A stretch of DNA of 64,000 bases from an uncultured Acidobacteriota bacterium (GTDB lineage Bacteria; Acidobacteriota; Polarisedimenticolia; J045), in NCBI GenBank assembly GCA_963702425.1, contig CAVPCQ010000016.1, forward strand, positions 195,347-259,346, written 5' to 3'. Below, one piece after another: positions 18,627 to 32,733 of the stretch. The first letter of the stretch is position 1. Every line of letters begins with the position of its first letter. The notes beneath the pieces were generated by a model, which worked only from the letters and a program-made list of their open reading frames with translations, was not told the origin of the DNA and searched no databases. The position numbers and the translations under genes are program-made.

Positions 18627-20203
18627 GCGAAGGGCAAGCCGCCGGCGGTCCCCCCGCCCCGCCCCGCGCGGCCTGGCCGGCCTCCGGCCGGTCCCGCGCC
18701 CCGCGCGCCGCGCTGCGCCGCGCGCTGATCGCGGCCCTGCTCGCGACGCTCGCGATCCAGCTCCCGCTCGTCGTCGGCTACGCCCGGATCCAGTCCGATG
18801 CGTGGACCGAGATGGCGCGCCGCGGGATCTTCCCGGTGCCGGAGTACTACGGCTTCCTCCCGCTCCAGGGGCCGCGCCTGGTCGCGATGTCGCTGTTCGC
18901 GATCGACATCGGCACGTGGGTCGCGCTGCTGACCCTGCTCCCGCTGGAGGGCCGGATGCCGGGCGTCTTCGCCGAGGCCCGCCGCCGGCTGCGGCGGCGC
19001 TGGCTGCTGGCCCACGCGCCGCTCGCGCCGCTGGCCGCCGTGCTCGGCGGGACGCGGCTGTTCGGGGAGGCGATGCACGAGTCGGGCGCCGGCGCGGCGT
19101 GGTTCGTGCCCGGGCTGCTCGCGGTGCCCGGCACGCCGGCGGCCGGGCTCTGGGTGAGCGTCGAGCAGATCGTGCTGTTCGCGCTCTCGGCGGCGATGCT
19201 GGTCCACCTGACGCTGCTGGCCGGCGTCGTGCGGCCGGCGCGCTGGCTGCGCAACACGCTGCTGATCGCGGCCGCCGCGCTGCTGCTGGCGCTGGTCAGC
19301 TGGTGGGTCGTGGTGCCGGCCGCCGATCACGGCCTCTCGGCCGCGACGCGCGCGGCGCGCGCCGAGGGGCTGGAGGCCTGTCCCGGGAGTTGCGCCGCTC
19401 GCCGCTCCCGCGCGCGGCGCGCTGCTGTTCGAGGCCTTCGAGCGCACGACGGCCGACGCCCCGGCGCTGCGCGAGCGTGCCCCCTACGAGCTGCCGCTGG
19501 AGATCGCGATCCTGCCGCCGCTTCCCCTGCCGCTCGCGGCCGGGGTCGCGGTCGAGCTCGCGGCGCGCGCGGCGGACGGCTCCGGTGGCCCGGCCGGCCT
19601 GCCGGCCGGCTTCGAGCTCTACCGTCGACGGCGACGGCGGCGCGACCGTGCTGCCGCTCCCGGCCGAGTGCGGCGTGACGCGGGTCGCCAAGATCGACCG
19701 GATCGTGCGCTGGTCCACGGTCGCCCCGCTGCTCGCGCAACTGGGCGACGGTCCGCTGCGGTTCGGCTACCGCGCAGCGCCGACCGGCCGGCCGATCGCG
19801 CCGCTCGCCGCGGTCGACGCCCCCCGGCTCGCCGTGGAGCCGGCGAGCCTCCCCCCCGGCGTGCCGCGCGCGCGGGTCCCGCTGCCGTTCGCGCGCAAGC
19901 TGAGCAAGGGCGCGCCGCTCCCGGACGACGAGATCGGCCGCTGGAGGCGGTTGCGCCGCGAGCGCCTGCTGCCGCACGACCGGGAGGCCCCGCTCGACGT
20001 CGTCTGGCGCGACGCGCTCCCGCCGGCCGCAGCCGCCCGCGCTCGACGCCGAAGGACGCGTCGCGCTGGTCACCCCGGGCGACGCCGCGTGGGACGACCT
20101 GTTGCGCGCGATCGCGGCCGCGGCGCAGGCCGGGGCGCGAACGATCTACGTCGTCTCGCCGGAGCCGGAGCCGGGACCCAGCGCGGCGAGCCGCGCGCGG
20201 TAG
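18623..20203 (+). CDS. Hypothetical polytopic membrane protein with soluble C-terminal region (several frameshifts)
   Basis: GTGA overlap with CPBP gene; hydrophobic helices; coding-like frames can be stitched to TAG 20203. Confidence 0.5.
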
Positions 20204-20622
20204 AGCTCCGGGTCGAGCGGCTGCCCGCCGGCCATCAGCTCGTGCATCGCGCGGGCGAAGACCTCGAGGATCAGGTGCTGGGCGTCGTGCGGGTCGACCC
20301 CCGCGTTGACCAGCCGCTCGAACGCCTCGCGCGTGCCGGGCGGATCGTCCTGCGCCACCTGGCGGTCGATCACCTCGTGCATCACGACGTGCAGGAAGGG
20401 GTTCTCCTCGGGGCCCGGGTCGGCCCCCTCCCAGAACGGGCGGTACTCGCGATGGCTCTCGAGCAGCTCCAGCAGCCGCCGCTCGGTCGGGTGCAGCGCC
20501 TCGCGCTCGTCGCGGCGCGCCCACAGCGCGCGCAGCGCACCGCGGCCGGCCCCGGCGAGCGCCTCGAAGACCTGCCGGTCCTCGGCACCGCCAGATCCGC
20601 CGGGACCGCGACCCGCCATCAC
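20146..20622 (-). CDS. DUF1841 family protein
   Basis: H.EY, ENPFLHVVMHEVI..Q...D.P, DPHDAQH. Confidence 0.75.
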   Translation of the reverse strand: MMAGRGPGGSGGAEDRQVFEALAGAGRGALRALWARRDEREALHPTERRLLELLESHREYRPFWEGADPGPEENPFLHVVMHEVIDRQVAQDDPPGTREAFERLVNAGVDPHDAQHLILEVFARAMHELMAGGQPLDPELYRARLAALGPGSGSGETT

Positions 20623-20670
20623 CGCCGCCTCCCCGTCATGGCCGACTCTGTTCCTCGCGTCACGTCCGCC

Positions 20671-22884
20671 TCACTTCGCCGCGGCGGGAGCCACCGCGCG
20701 CACGAGCGGCTGCTCGGCGGGCGGCGCGATCTGCTTCACCGTCGCCTGGTTGCCCGCAAAGAGCAGGTACGAGTACTTGCCGTAGTGGGTCAGCCGACGC
20801 GCGGTGAAGACCAGCCCCTCGGGCTTGATCGCGTCGACGATCCCCAGCGCGCCGGCGCCCGGCGCGGGGTGATCGATCACGATCACCGCCGCCGCTTCGG
20901 GCCCGGTGGCGGCGGTGCGGGCCACGGTGATGGTGTCGTCGGCCAGCAGCATCCCCTCCGGCATCCGGCCGGCGAGCAGCGCGGTGAACTGCGTCCCGGG
21001 CCGTCCGACCAGCCAGACCCGCGACGCCGCCTGGAGCTGCTCCTTCGTCACGTCGTGGTCCAGGCGGACCTGCGCCTTCCCCTGCGCCAGCTGGTTGGCA
21101 GCGGAGCGGCCGGCCTCGACGAACGACTCGCCGCGGCCGGTCCCGACGACCACCAGGTCGGGCGGCGCGGCGAGCAGCCGCGCCAGCGTCGGCGGGATCT
21201 CGCCCGGCGTCAGCAGCCGGAACAGGTCGACCTCCGCGTCGACCTCCACGCGCTGCGGCTCGAAGGGGGTGACGACGGTGGCGAGCGCGACGCCGCCCGC
21301 CGCCTGGGCCACCCCGCGCGCCCGCTGGCCCTCGCTGCCGACGACGTCCACCGGCACCGGGATCTGCCAGCCGCCCGGGACGCGCACCGCGACCTCGGTC
21401 CGGTACTGGTCGCCAGCGGTCTTCACCGCGGCCCGCTCGAGCACCAGCGACGGCGCACCCGGGCGCCCGACCCACTGCTTGAAGAAGGCCGAGAGGTTCT
21501 CCTTCGCGACCCGCGAGAAGACCTCCTCGATGTCGCTCCAGCCGGCGCGCTGGTACTTCTTCTCGGCGTAGAACGCGCGCAGCGCCTCCTGGAAGCGCTC
21601 GGTGCCGACGCGCTCCTCCAGCATGTGGAAGATCATCGCGACCTTGCCGTAGCCGAGCGCGCGGGTCGCCCGGTCGTGCCGCTCCCGGAACTCGGCGACC
21701 GCGGGCTCGGTCGCGCCGCCCGCGCGGGTGACGTACTCCGAGTAGTCGCGCAGGATCTGGCGCCGGTAGTCGACGTCGCCCCCCTTCGTGTCCTCGCCGG
21801 CCAGCGCGTGGTCGGCCATGTAGGCCGTCAGCCCCTCGCACCAGTTCCCCTGCGCGTAGTCGACGTAGACGCCGTTGCCCCACCAGTCGTGCAGCACCTC
21901 GTGCGGTAGGCTGGTCCGGATGATGAACGGCAGCCGCATCACGCCCGCCCCGAGCAGCGTGAACGACGGCATCCCGTAGCCGGTCGGCAGGATGTGCTCG
22001 GCGACCACGAACTGCGGCCAGGCGTGCGGGCCGACGAGCTTCGTGTAGCGCTCGAGCGAGGCCTGCACGGCGTTGAGGTAGCTGCGGCCGAGGTCGTCGG
22101 GAGTGTCGGGCAGGGTGTAGACCGCGAGCCGCTGCCCTTCCCACTCCATCTGCTGCACCTTCCACGGCGCGGCCACGAGGTGGATCCCTTCGACCGGGTG
22201 GGTGGCGTCGTAGCGCTCGACGCGCCACTCGCCCTGCGCCTCGTCGCCGGCCGGGTCGCGCCGCCCTTCGGAGACGACGCGCCACGCCGCCGGGACCCGG
22301 GCCTCGAGCGTGAACTGGCTGCGCACCTGCGTCCCGCTCGGGTACCAGCCGGCCCCGGGTGTCAGGAACGCCCCCTCGGGCGCGAGGTAGCCGTCCGGCA
22401 TCCCGGCGATCTCCTCGCGGCTGAACTGGACCTCCTTGGGGAGTTCCGGCGGCGGCCCCGACCAGGCGACCCTGAGGACTCTCTCTCCCGACGGACTCCC
22501 GCCCGGTTCGAATGTCCAGAGCTGGGCCGGGGAGTCTTCTCCCTGCGCGGGACGCAGCCGCGGCGCCGGGAGCGCGAGCTTCTTCTCGGCGCCGGGCTGC
22601 ACGAGCCGGGCCTCGGTGATCGCGTACGGCGCGCCGAGCGCGAGCGTGACCTGCTTCGCCCCGGGAGCGACGGTCAGCCGCGCCGTCCCCTCCAGCACGC
22701 GCCGGGCCGGGTCGAGCATGACCGCGAGCTCGTGGCGCGTGATCGCGGTCTCCGGGAGGGCGCCGCCGGGGGCGGGCGCAGCCGACGCCGGCGGGACCTG
22801 GGCGGCGAGGACCGCGACGGGCGTGAGGAGCACGAGGAGCGCGAGGAGGACCAGGGGAGCGAGCGGGCGCGGCAGCGTTCTCAT
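20671..22884 (-). CDS. Exported M1-family zinc aminopeptidase
   Basis: Signal peptide; GYGMPSFTLLG; HEVLHDWWGN...WCEG (HExxH-x18-E); GYGK. Confidence 0.88.
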   Translation of the reverse strand: MRTLPRPLAPLVLLALLVLLTPVAVLAAQVPPASAAPAPGGALPETAITRHELAVMLDPARRVLEGTARLTVAPGAKQVTLALGAPYAITEARLVQPGAEKKLALPAPRLRPAQGEDSPAQLWTFEPGGSPSGERVLRVAWSGPPPELPKEVQFSREEIAGMPDGYLAPEGAFLTPGAGWYPSGTQVRSQFTLEARVPAAWRVVSEGRRDPAGDEAQGEWRVERYDATHPVEGIHLVAAPWKVQQMEWEGQRLAVYTLPDTPDDLGRSYLNAVQASLERYTKLVGPHAWPQFVVAEHILPTGYGMPSFTLLGAGVMRLPFIIRTSLPHEVLHDWWGNGVYVDYAQGNWCEGLTAYMADHALAGEDTKGGDVDYRRQILRDYSEYVTRAGGATEPAVAEFRERHDRATRALGYGKVAMIFHMLEERVGTERFQEALRAFYAEKKYQRAGWSDIEEVFSRVAKENLSAFFKQWVGRPGAPSLVLERAAVKTAGDQYRTEVAVRVPGGWQIPVPVDVVGSEGQRARGVAQAAGGVALATVVTPFEPQRVEVDAEVDLFRLLTPGEIPPTLARLLAAPPDLVVVGTGRGESFVEAGRSAANQLAQGKAQVRLDHDVTKEQLQAASRVWLVGRPGTQFTALLAGRMPEGMLLADDTITVARTAATGPEAAAVIVIDHPAPGAGALGIVDAIKPEGLVFTARRLTHYGKYSYLLFAGNQATVKQIAPPAEQPLVRAVAPAAAK

Positions 22885-22923
22885 GGCACGGATGTTAGCC
22901 TGACGCCCCCGGGAGGAGGAAGC

Positions 22924-24329
22924 TTGGACGTCGCCGCCTGGTCCCTCGCCTTCGCCGCCGCGCTGGCCCTCGCCGCGACGCCCGCGCGCGCGGACGAGCC
23001 GAAGGAGCCGAAGCCGCCGGGCGAACCGAAGATGCTCCCGTTCGCGGCCGAGGAGCGGGTGCTCGGCAACGGCCTCGCGGTGATCGTCGTGCCGTACGAG
23101 AGCTCCGGGCTGGTGACCGTCGCGACGATCGTGCGCGCCGGCTCCCGGCTCGAGCCGGCGGGCGGCCCCTCGGGCCTCGCGCACGTCGTCGAGCACATGG
23201 CCCACCGCGGCGGGCGGCGCTTCGACGCTCCGGCCTACGACCGGCTGATGCAGTCGCTCGGCGCCGACGGCAGCGCGCTGGTGACCGACGACTGGACCGG
23301 CTATCTTCGTCACCGCGCCCGGCGCCGCGCTGGAGCGCGTGCTCGAGGCCGAAGCCGACCGGCTGACCGGGATGGCCTTCACCGCGAGCGACTACCGGCT
23401 GGAGGCGGGGGCGGTGCAGGGCGAGCATCGCCGCACGGTCGCCGACCCCGCGTTCCAGGCCCGCGCGCTGCTGCGCTCGCTGGCCTTCCCGCTCGCGGGC
23501 TACGGGCACGACCCGCTCGGCCGCGCGGCCGACGTCGCCGCGCTGGCGCTGGCCTACGACGCCGCGCTGGGCTTCTACCGCCAGTGGTACCGGCCCGACA
23601 ACGCGACGCTGCTGATCGTCGGCGACGTCGAGCCGGGGCGCGCCGCGGCGCTGGCCGAGCGCGCCTTCGGGTCCTGGAGCGGCGCGACGACGACCTTCGA
23701 GCCGCCGGCCGAGGCGCCGCAGTCCGCGCCGCGCGGCGCGGTGAAGTCGGACTGGCCGGTCCCGACCGCGCCGGTGGTGCTGGTGGCGTGGCGGGCGCCG
23801 GCGCTCTCCGGTCCCGAGGGCGCGGGCGCGGCCGAGTTCGCGGCGCTCGACGTCGCAACCGAGCTGCTGTTCGGGCCGGTCTCGCCGCTGTACCGCGAGC
23901 TGGTCGTCGAGCGCCGCGTCGCCGAGTCGATGACGGTCGAGCTGCCGGCGCGCCGCGATCCGTTCCTGGCGATCGTCGAGCTGCGCGGGCGGGCCGACGG
24001 CCCCCCGGGCGCCGAGGCCGACCTGCTGCGCAGCGCCGTGCGCCAGGCCGCGGCGGCGCTGGCCCTCGCCTCCCCCGAACCGGCGCGCGTCGAGGCGGTC
24101 CGGAGCCGGCGGCGCGCGCTCTTCCGGCGCAGCCTCGACTCGACCGAGGGGGTCGCGCTGGCGCTGGCGCCGTACGCCTCGCTCCCCGGCGGCCTCGCGG
24201 CGCTGGGACGCTACGAAGCAGGCCCTGGCGGCGGTCACGCCGGAGGCCGTCCAGGCCGCGGCGGCGCGCTGGCTGGTGGACGCCGGCGTGATCGAGGTGA
24301 TCGTCCAGCGGAGCGCGGCCGGGCCGTGA
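22924..24329 (+). CDS. M16B (insulinase) peptidase, catalytic subunit; frameshifts ~23305 and ~24218
   Basis: GLAHVVEHM (HxxEH), WYRPDNATLLIVGD, SPLYRELV. Confidence 0.8.
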
Positions 24330-25923
24330 GGGTCGGGCGTCGTCGCGGGTGGGCTGTCCTGCCGGCAGCGCTGGCGGCCGCGGCGGCGCTGGCGGCGCTC
24401 GCGGACGCTCGCCGTGCCGGGCTGCCGCGCCCGGGAGGCGGACCCGGCGGCAGGCGTCGGCGGCCCCCGAGGAGGATGCGGTGCCGGCCTCCGGCCGCGG
24501 TGCCCCGGTCGTCTCGATCCGGGTCGTGTTCGACGTCGGCGCGATCGACGACCCCGTGGGCAAGGAGGGGCTGGCCGCGCTCACCGCCGCGCTCGTCGCC
24601 GGCGGCGGGACGCGCGACGCGACCTACTCCGCGCTGCAGGAGCGGCTCTACCCGATCGGCGGCACGATCCGCGGCTGGGCCGACCAGGAGACGACCACCT
24701 TCGTGGCCGAGGCGCCAGCGGAGCACGCGGCCGAGTTGTACGCGGTGCTGCGCGGTCTGCTCGTCGCACCGCGCTTCGACGCCGGCGACTTCGACCGGCT
24801 CCGCACGGCGCAGGTCGCGGCGCTCGCGGGAACGCTGCGCGGGTCCGACGACGAGCAACTGGCGCGGCGCGCGCTGGAGCTGCTGGTGTTCGAGAACCAC
24901 CGCTACGCGCACCTCCCCGAAGGGACAGTGCGCGGGCTCCTGGCGCTCGCGCCCGACGACGCGCGCGACTTCTATCGCGCGCGGTACCGCGCCGGGAACG
25001 CGCGCTTCGGCGTCGCCGGCGCCTACCCGACGGAGCTGCCGGAGGCGATCCGCACCGACCTGGCGGCGCTCCCCGCCGGCCTGCCGGAGCGCGAGCCGGT
25101 CCTGGCGGCCTCGCCGTCCGGCTTGCCGGAGGTCGTGATCGTCGAGAAGCCGGCGCCGGCGGCAGCGATCGCGCTGGGCTTTCCGATCGACGTCAACCGC
25201 TCCCACCCCGACTTCGCCGCGCTGCTGGTGGCGATGTCGTGGCTCGGCCAGCACCGCACCCCCTACGGCCGGCTCTACGAGGAACTGCGCGAGGCGCGCG
25301 GCCTCAACTACGGCGACTACGCCTACGCCGAGCACTTCGTCGAGGAGCCGGGGACGCGCTTTCACGCGCCGGGGCACCCGCGCTCGCAGCAGTACGCCAG
25401 CCTCTGGATCCGGTCCGTGGCCCCGGCCAACGCCGCCTTCGCGCTGCGCGCCGCGCTGGCCGAGCTGGACCGGATGATCGCCGAGGGGATCCCGCGCGAG
25501 GAGTTCGAGCGCCAGCGCGACTTCCTGCGCGCGTACGTCCAGCTCTGGCGCCAGACCCCCGACCGGCGCCTGGGGTGGGAGCTGGACGATCACTTCTACG
25601 GCACGCCCGACGGCCTGGCCCGGCTCGACGCCCAGCTCGCCGCCCTCACGCCCGAGACGCTGCAGGCCGCGCTGGTGCGGCACCTCCGCGCCGACCGCTA
25701 CAAGGCGGTCGTGGTGACGCAGGACGCCGAGCTGCTGCGGCAGCAACTGACCTCCGGGCTGCCGACCCCGGCGGCGCCGGCCGACGGCGTCCCGGCCGAG
25801 ACCCCCGAGGCCGACCGGCACTACGCGGCGTGGCCGCTGGGCCTCGGGAAGGCGTCGGTGACGATCGTCCCGGTGGAGCGGATGTTCGAGACCGCGGCCC
25901 CGCCGTGGCGCACGCGGCCGTAG
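24326..25923 (+). CDS. M16B peptidase, non-catalytic partner subunit; frameshift(s) in first ~150 nt
   Basis: DPVGKEGLAALTA, GRLYEELREARGLNYG; no HxxEH. Confidence 0.8.
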
Positions 25924-25940
25924 GCGGTTAGCTTCTCGGC

Positions 25941-26892
25941 ATGAGCAACTTCGCGATCATCGGGGCCGGCGGCTTCGTCGCGCCGCGGCACCTGGCGGCG
26001 ATCCGCGACACGGGGAACCGGCTGGTCGCGGCGACCGACCCGAACGACTCGGTCGGCGTGCTCGACCGCTACTTCCCCGACGTGCGCTTCTTCACCGAGA
26101 TCGAGCGCTTCGACCGCTTCCTGGAGAAGCTGCGCCGGAAGGGCGAGGACGAGCGCGCGCACTTCGTGTCGGTCTGCTCGCCGAACTACCTGCACGACGC
26201 GCACGTGCGGCTGGCGATGCGGCTGCACGCCGACGCGGTCTGCGAGAAGCCGCTGGTGGTCAGCCCCTGGAACCTCGACCAGCTCTCCGAACTGGAGACC
26301 GAGTACGGCCGGCGCGTCTACACCGTGCTGCAGCTGCGCGAGCATCCGGCGCTGCTCGCGCTGCGCGAACGGTCGTGGCGGCGCGGAGGCAGCGACGGGC
26401 CGGAAGCACGACGTCGTGCTGACCTACGTCACGCGCCGCGGGCCGTGGTACTTCGTCTCCTGGAAGGGCTCGGACGAGAAGTCGGGCGGCGTGGCGATGA
26501 ACATCGGCGTGCACTTCTTCGACCTGCTGGTCTGGATCTTCGGCAAAGTGCAGTCGAGCGAGGTGCACCTGGCCGAGCCGGCGCGGATGGGGGGCCTGAT
26601 CGAGCTGGAGCGGGCCCGGGTGCGCTGGTTCCTGTCGGTCGACGGGAAGGACCTGCCGCCCGGCGCCCTCGAGGCCGGGCGCCCGGCCTTCCGCTCGCTG
26701 ACGCTGGACGGCGAGGAGGTCGAGTTCTCGGAGGGGTTCACCGACCTGCACACCCGCGTCTACGAGCGGGTGCTGGCGGGGCGCGGGTTCGGGATCGAAG
26801 ACGCGCGCCCCTCGATCGAGCTGGTGCACCGGCTGCGCCACGCGCCGGTCACCGCCGCAGGCGGCGACCGGCACCCGGCGTTGACCCGCTGA
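25941..26892 (+). CDS. wbpB: Gfo/Idh/MocA oxidoreductase, WbpB/WlbA-like (UDP-GlcNAcA 3-dehydrogenase); frameshift ~26375
   Basis: NFAIIGAGGFVAPRH, DPNDSVG, CSPNYLHDAH, CEKP, SWKG..KSGG..NIGVHFFD, EFSEGFTDLHT. Confidence 0.85.
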
Positions 26893-26905
26893 AGCGGCGC
26901 CCTGC

Positions 26906-27092
26906 GGGCCGGCACGGAGGCCGGCCCCTACGGGTCGCGTCAGAACTGTAGGGGGGCCGGCCTCCGTGCCGGCCCGCCGGCGGGTCGCGTCAGAACTGTA
27001 GGGGCCGGCCTCCGTGCCGGCCCGCCGCGGGTCGCGTCAGAACTGTAGGGGCCGGCCTCCGTGCCGGCCCGCCGCGGGTCGCGTCAGAACTG
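26906..27092. repeat. REP cluster: one inverted plus three tandem GTAG-REPs in a ~47-bp unit
   Basis: GTAG-GGGCCGGC-CTCCGT-GCCGGCCC at 26948 (two extra G), 26998 and 27045; inverted copy 26906-26931. Confidence 0.9.
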
Positions 27093-28176
27093 GAACAGCT
27101 GGAACTGCAGCTGGTACTGGTTGCGGTCGGGAAGTTGTCCTTCTAGATCTTGGTGTAGGCCAGCTTCAGGTTCAGGTTGTGGTTGGCGATCCAGTAGGCG
27201 GCCCCGAGCTGCCAGCTCGTCTCGTCGTCAGGGTGCTCGTCGTCGAAGTTCTTGTTGGCGTACTGCACGTACGGCGTGAGGTGGATCGACGCCGATCAGG
27301 AAGCCCAGCTCCGCCAGGAATCGCCTGCTTGGGGATCGCCGTGATGAACGTACCCCCGTCGTAGTGCACGTAGTCGCCCTGGAAGGTGATCGCGTTCTTG
27401 CCGATCGGGAACTCGCCGAAGATGTCGCCGCCGTAGGAATCGGCGTCCTTCTGCGCGTCGTAGAGCGCGCCGATCGACATGATCTTCTTGGTCCCCTGGA
27501 GCGTGCCGGGGTAGAAGTAGCCGGTCGGGGCCTCGCACGGCCAGAAGGCGAGGCGCGCGATGATCGGCAGCGGGTTGGCGGCATCGACACCGCGGTAGCC
27601 CTGGTAGACGCCGAGCGCGGTACTCGATCTGCTTCTTGAACGGGTAGCCGCGGATCTGGACGCCGTAGTCGCGTCCGATCCTCTCCTGCGCCGGGGTCGA
27701 CGTCAGGAAGGTGTACGGGCCCGTAGTCGAGCGTCAGCAGCTGCGCCGCGGACTGGTTGTGGTTGTAGGAGGTCGCGAGCAGCATCATGCCCATGTCGAC
27801 CATGAAGTCGTCGTTCGACTTGTAGGTGATGTACATGTCCTGGATGTACATGTTGGGTGCGTTCTTGACGCTCGCCGCGTCGGGCCTTGCCGATGTTCGG
27901 GCTGTCGGTCTCGGTGAAGAAGCTCCAGCGGTCGGAGATCTTGCCGCCGAAGATCAGGCGCAGGCGGCGGATGTAGAGGTTCTGCGAGTAGTGATCGGTG
28001 TTGACGGTCTCGAGCGCCTCGTACTGCGGCTGCACGAGGATGCCGAACTTCAGGGTCTGCTTCTCGTCCTTCGAGGCGATCTGCCACTGCGCTTCTGCGG
28101 CGTGCGGCGAAACCAGCCACAGCGTCGCGGCCACCAGAAGAAAGAACACCCACCGTCTCGCCGAGCCTTCCCTCAT
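27084..28176 (-). CDS. Porin-like outer-membrane beta-barrel (OprO/OprP-like), multiple frameshifts
   Basis: Signal peptide, LYIRRLRLIFGG, FFTETDSPN, IQDMYITY; C-terminal ...QF-stop. Confidence 0.7.
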
Positions 28177-28302
28177 CGAGCCTCCTCCGGTGCCGCCCGG
28201 TCTAGGCGCGGCTCGCTTGCCCGCGCTTTTACGGCCGGTGGGAGGCTTATGTCAACGGCTCACCGATGCAACTAATGCGTTATCTGACGGGCGTTAGGGA
28301 GT

Positions 28303-28375
28303 GTAGGGGCCGGCCTCTGTGCTGGCCCGAACGACTCATCCCGCGAAACGGGCCGGCACGGAGGCCGGCCCCTAC
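28303..28375. repeat. REPIN-like inverted pair of GTAG-REPs
   Basis: GTAGGGGCCGGCCTCTGTGCTGGCCC ... GGGCCGGCACGGAGGCCGGCCCCTAC between gcvP end and porin start. Confidence 0.88.
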
Positions 28376-28422
28376 AGGCTGACACGCCGCGTCTCGCGGG
28401 GGTAACGGGAGGCCCTGCGGGT

Positions 28423-31314
<2,892 letters not shown>

Positions 31315-31644
31315 GTCGGGCTCCACGTCGGCCTTGGCCAGGGTTTCCCGGGCGGAGTTGGGGGTGGGGCGGAGGCCCCCGCGGGGGATGCCGGAGGGGG
31401 TGGGAGCGGAAGGCTAGCACCGGGGGGCGGGGGGGGGCCAGCGGGGGGAGGTGGGGGCAACGCGAACCAGAACGGTCTCATCCGCGGGCGTTCGGAGTCC
31501 CCTTCCACGAGGCCACAGGCGCAGCCCGCTCCCACTCCGCGAGATCGGCGTGGCTTGCGGTTCCGGTTCGCGGCAAACTCCAACTCCGCCGTAGCGGTGA
31601 TTCGAGACTCCGCCTCTCCTCCTCCGGACGGACATGGTGACGGA

Positions 31645-32475
31645 ATGGGTCGTGGCAAGAAGTACCAGGAGCTCTATCAGAACCGTCGACTCGTGGAAGG
31701 CTACCCCGCGCTGGAGGAGCTTGAGCGGACCCAGGTCCTCGGGCGAACTCATCACTCGGGCAGCGACTGCGACGCGACCGTCGTCTACCTCACCCGCGTG
31801 GCCCGCCCACCGTTCGACGGCGCGCCCGCGCTCGTGGTCGGCTGCGGTTCCCGACCGGAAGTTCTCCTGGCGTTGCATCGCAGGGGATTTCGCGCCGTTG
31901 GGATCGAACCTGTCCCCAGCCTCGCAGTCGAAGCGCGCACCTTCCTGACGGGACGAGGGTCGGTGGTCGCGGGAACGGCAGAGTGCTTACCCGTTGAGGA
32001 CGCCTCGCAGCGTATCGTTCTGCTGGAGAGCGTTCTCGAGCACGTCGATTCCCCAGAGAAGACCCTCGCAGAATTGTATCGCGTACTCGAGCCGGGAGGG
32101 ATTGCCTACATCACGACGACCAATCGACTGCAATTCGGGAACAGTGAGTTCCGCATTCGCTTCTTTCAGTGGCTGCCGAGAACCTTGAAGGAGGCCTACA
32201 TTCACCAGCAGCTCCACTTCGAACCCGCGCTAGGCAACTACACCACTCGCCCCGCAGTCCACTGGTTCAGCTTCGCCGAACTCTGTCGCCTGGGGCGCTC
32301 GGCCGGGTTCTACAAGTTCTATTCGAAGCTCGACGTCGTGGAGGCCAACGATGCGCCGATCGCGGGCAGCGTCCTGCGGCGTCGCGTCCTGCGCATGACA
32401 CAGACTCGTCCCCTGGTCCGGGCCTTGGCACTGACGCAGCGCGCGGGCGGGGCTGTATTCATGGTGAAGCGATAG
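31645..32475 (+). CDS. Class I SAM-dependent methyltransferase
   Basis: LVVGCGS, VAGTAECLP, SVLEHV, RVLEPGG. Confidence 0.85.
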   Translation: MGRGKKYQELYQNRRLVEGYPALEELERTQVLGRTHHSGSDCDATVVYLTRVARPPFDGAPALVVGCGSRPEVLLALHRRGFRAVGIEPVPSLAVEARTFLTGRGSVVAGTAECLPVEDASQRIVLLESVLEHVDSPEKTLAELYRVLEPGGIAYITTTNRLQFGNSEFRIRFFQWLPRTLKEAYIHQQLHFEPALGNYTTRPAVHWFSFAELCRLGRSAGFYKFYSKLDVVEANDAPIAGSVLRRRVLRMTQTRPLVRALALTQRAGGAVFMVKR

Positions 32476-32733
32476 TCCGTAGATGCCGCCCGTCGCGCGG
32501 ACCCGTCCCGTACGACGAATACGGGGGCACCCCGGGCGCCCCTACGTGCAGCCTTGGAGCACGTTCGATGCCATCACTTCATGCCATCAGCAGTACCGAT
32601 ACGCCGCCTCATGCGGCCGCAGTCGGCCACGCGCTGACCGGCTCCCCGCGATGCAACTTGCCGATCCTGGGCCGGACGACCCGTGCTACCTTGTCTCATG
32701 CCGTAGTCGACGGTCACGCAGGAGGGCATTGCC

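Noticed and set aside
26906-27092. Possible CRISPR array
   Set aside because: Intervening sequences are near-identical rather than unique spacers, the repeat is a dispersed GTAG-REP, and there are no cas genes.
31315-31640. Glycine riboswitch upstream of gcvP
   Set aside because: I could not find the GGAGA..GCCGAAG..CTCTCAGG aptamer core on the minus strand.
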